From: the human T2T-CHM13v2.0 reference genome, Homo sapiens
Length of the DNA: 64,000 nt
Reading direction: 5' to 3' (one strand)
NCBI RefSeq assembly: GCF_009914755.1
Contig: NC_060942.1
Positions 52,344 to 64,000 of the stretch are shown here, piece by piece. The position numbers were made by a program, and so were the translations under genes. The notes beneath the pieces are model-generated. The model ran no database searches. It saw only the letters and a list, made by a program, of their open reading frames with translations, and was not told the origin of the DNA. Positions within the stretch are counted from its first letter, which is position 1, and each line of letters begins with the position of its first letter.

Positions 52344-54056
52344 TTTATTTTGCGTATTTAAAACTATTAGATCGTGTGATTATATTTGACAGGTCTTAAT
52401 TGACGCGCTGTTCAGCCCTTTGAGTTCGGTTGAGTTTTGGGTTGGAGAATTTTCTTCCACAAGGGATTGTCTTGGATTTTTCTGTTTCTCCCTCAATATC
52501 CACCTGGAAAACATTTCAATTAATTTATATTTACTTAAATATTTCTGTGCAAAAACTGTGTACAAAAGCCCCAAAGCATAATTTGTGCAGTTGAGCGCAT
52601 GTTCTGTTGTTCAGCATTTATGGTGGTTGGTAGTGGAAAAGATTTTTAGAATATGTGGATTTTCGGGATATTCCCAGAAGCCCAGATAGCGACACTTTAC
52701 CTTTGGAGGAATTACTTCTCAGAATATTGCACACAATCAATCGCCTTTGGAAGGAGCATATATCCCCAGCAAAAGCTCTGGTTTTTTGAAGTCTGTATTG
52801 TGTGTTACTTCCAGGAGAATATGCAATGATGACAATGTTATTAGATGATTCAAATATGAAGTGCTGTTATGCCAAACAATGAATCTTTGTGTTATACATT
52901 ATGCCTAACTATAAATCTTTGTGTTATACATTTTAATGTCATTGGAGAGTACTCCTGTCTTCTTGGCATTATTGATAATTAGATTCTAATTGCTAATAAG
53001 TCAGAAAAATTAGGAACACCAAATTTCAGTTGTCTCAAAAGCACTCCTCTTATTAAATTTGGATGTTTACCTTTATCACATCAAAAGAAATATTGTTAGA
53101 AAGGTGTTTAATGTTTTGCAGATGGATAGATTACTGTTATTAGTTCTCATTTCATTGTTAATTTTTAAAACCATAAGGTTGGAAGTATCAATATGCCTTT
53201 CAATATACCTTAGTGGAATTTATTAAATTTTCATGGATGTCCTTTAGGGGGTTCAGGAAGTTATTTCTATTGCTAGATTTCTGGAAGATTTATCAGGAAT
53301 GAGTGTCAGACATTGTCAGACGTCCATTGAAATCATCATGGTCTTTTCCTTTATTCTATTAATATGATGTATTACACTGATTGATTTTTAAATTTGTATT
53401 GGTAGGATAATTCCACTTGGTTATATTGTCTAACTTTTTTCTAATTTTCTTTCATTTTTATTACAGATGAGGCCTCACTCTGTCACCCAGGTTGGGGTGG
53501 AGTGGCACAGTCACAGCTCACTATAACCTCAAGCTCCTGGGCTCAAGTGATCCTGCCACCTCAGCCTCCTAAGTAGCTGGAACTACAGATGTGCACTGCC
53601 ATGCCAGGCTTGTCTAACATTTTTATGTGTTGCTTCATCCAGTTTGCTAGAGTTTTTGGAGATTTCTGTCTTCATTCATGAGGGATAATAGTCTGCACTT
53701 TTATTTTCTTGTGATACTTTTGTCTGATTTGTTATCTGGGTAATACTGGCCTTGAAAATGAATTGATGTTTTCCTGCTTCTCTGCTTTGCAAGTGTTTGT
53801 GAAGGATTGGTTATTCATTAAGTGTTTAATAGAATTCACTAGTGAAGCTATGTGAGCCAGGGCTAGACTGATGAAGAGTTTTCATTAGTCTAATCTGTTT
53901 ACTTGCTGTATAAGTACGCATATATTCTCTTTCTTCTTGATTTAATTTTACACTTTGTGTATAGCAGGGAATCTGTGTCTAATTTGTAGTATTTCATGCT
54001 TCTAGGTTTTCATGGCAGTTGAGATGTAAGAATAACAATAATGTTGGGAGAAGGAA

Positions 54057-54086
<30 letters not shown>
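52344..54086 (-). pseudogene. 3' exons of the SLC4-like fossil gene (53918-54086, 52701-52884, ~52550-52690, terminal exon from 52503 with AATAAA at 52344-52349)
   Basis: WIVHNFLLPTLL (TM8-like WxV...LPxLL), W..H..L...PELLLGI (TM10-like), YLG..QIxCFG; pyrimidine-AG acceptors, GT donors and a minus-strand poly(A) signal. Confidence 0.45.
53455..53612 (-). mobile_element. Alu monomer (FLAM/AluJ-like)
   Basis: ctcactctgtcacccagg..ctcctgggctcaagtgatcc..tagctgg. Confidence 0.8.

Positions 54087-64000
<9,914 letters not shown>

Larger units (their letters stand above)
49020..53780 (+). ncRNA. Putative spliced lncRNA (exons ~49020-49448, 51002-51204, 53467-~53780); resembles the 18p-terminal lncRNA LINC02564 from recall
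   Basis: Donor cag|gtgaag at 49449, acceptor tctctcactttcag at 51001, donor cag|gtacag at 51205, acceptor tttttattacag at 53466 into an antisense Alu monomer. Transcript ends are uncertain. Confidence 0.5.

Overview
Human (hominid) subtelomeric DNA organised as a head-to-tail tandem repeat with a 54,056-bp period: bases 1-9944 recur essentially identically at 54057-64000. The beta-tubulin sequence matches my recollection of TUBB8B, which would place this in the chr18p subtelomere. One unit contains: (i) an internal ~660-bp (CCCTAA)n tract followed by TAR1-type sequence, 21 perfect 29-bp CpG repeats, a CpG island with a CTCF site and a spliced lncRNA; (ii) an L1/Alu-rich block; (iii) an unprocessed FAM166A (CIMIP2A) pseudogene tail-to-tail with an intact 4-exon, 444-aa TUBB8B gene; (iv) ERV1, MaLR and old L1 sequence. 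Most notable observations: a heavily decayed, multi-exon SLC4 (bicarbonate transporter)-like fossil gene on the minus strand, collinear with SLC4 domain order, in the unique islands between L1s; a TUBB8B promoter directly fused to ERV integrase sequence carrying four E-boxes; an internal TERRA-type promoter and telomere tract followed immediately by an AATAAA; and a telomere/L1 junction with microhomology that hints at how the array formed. All homology calls come from manual translation and recalled family motifs, not database searches.
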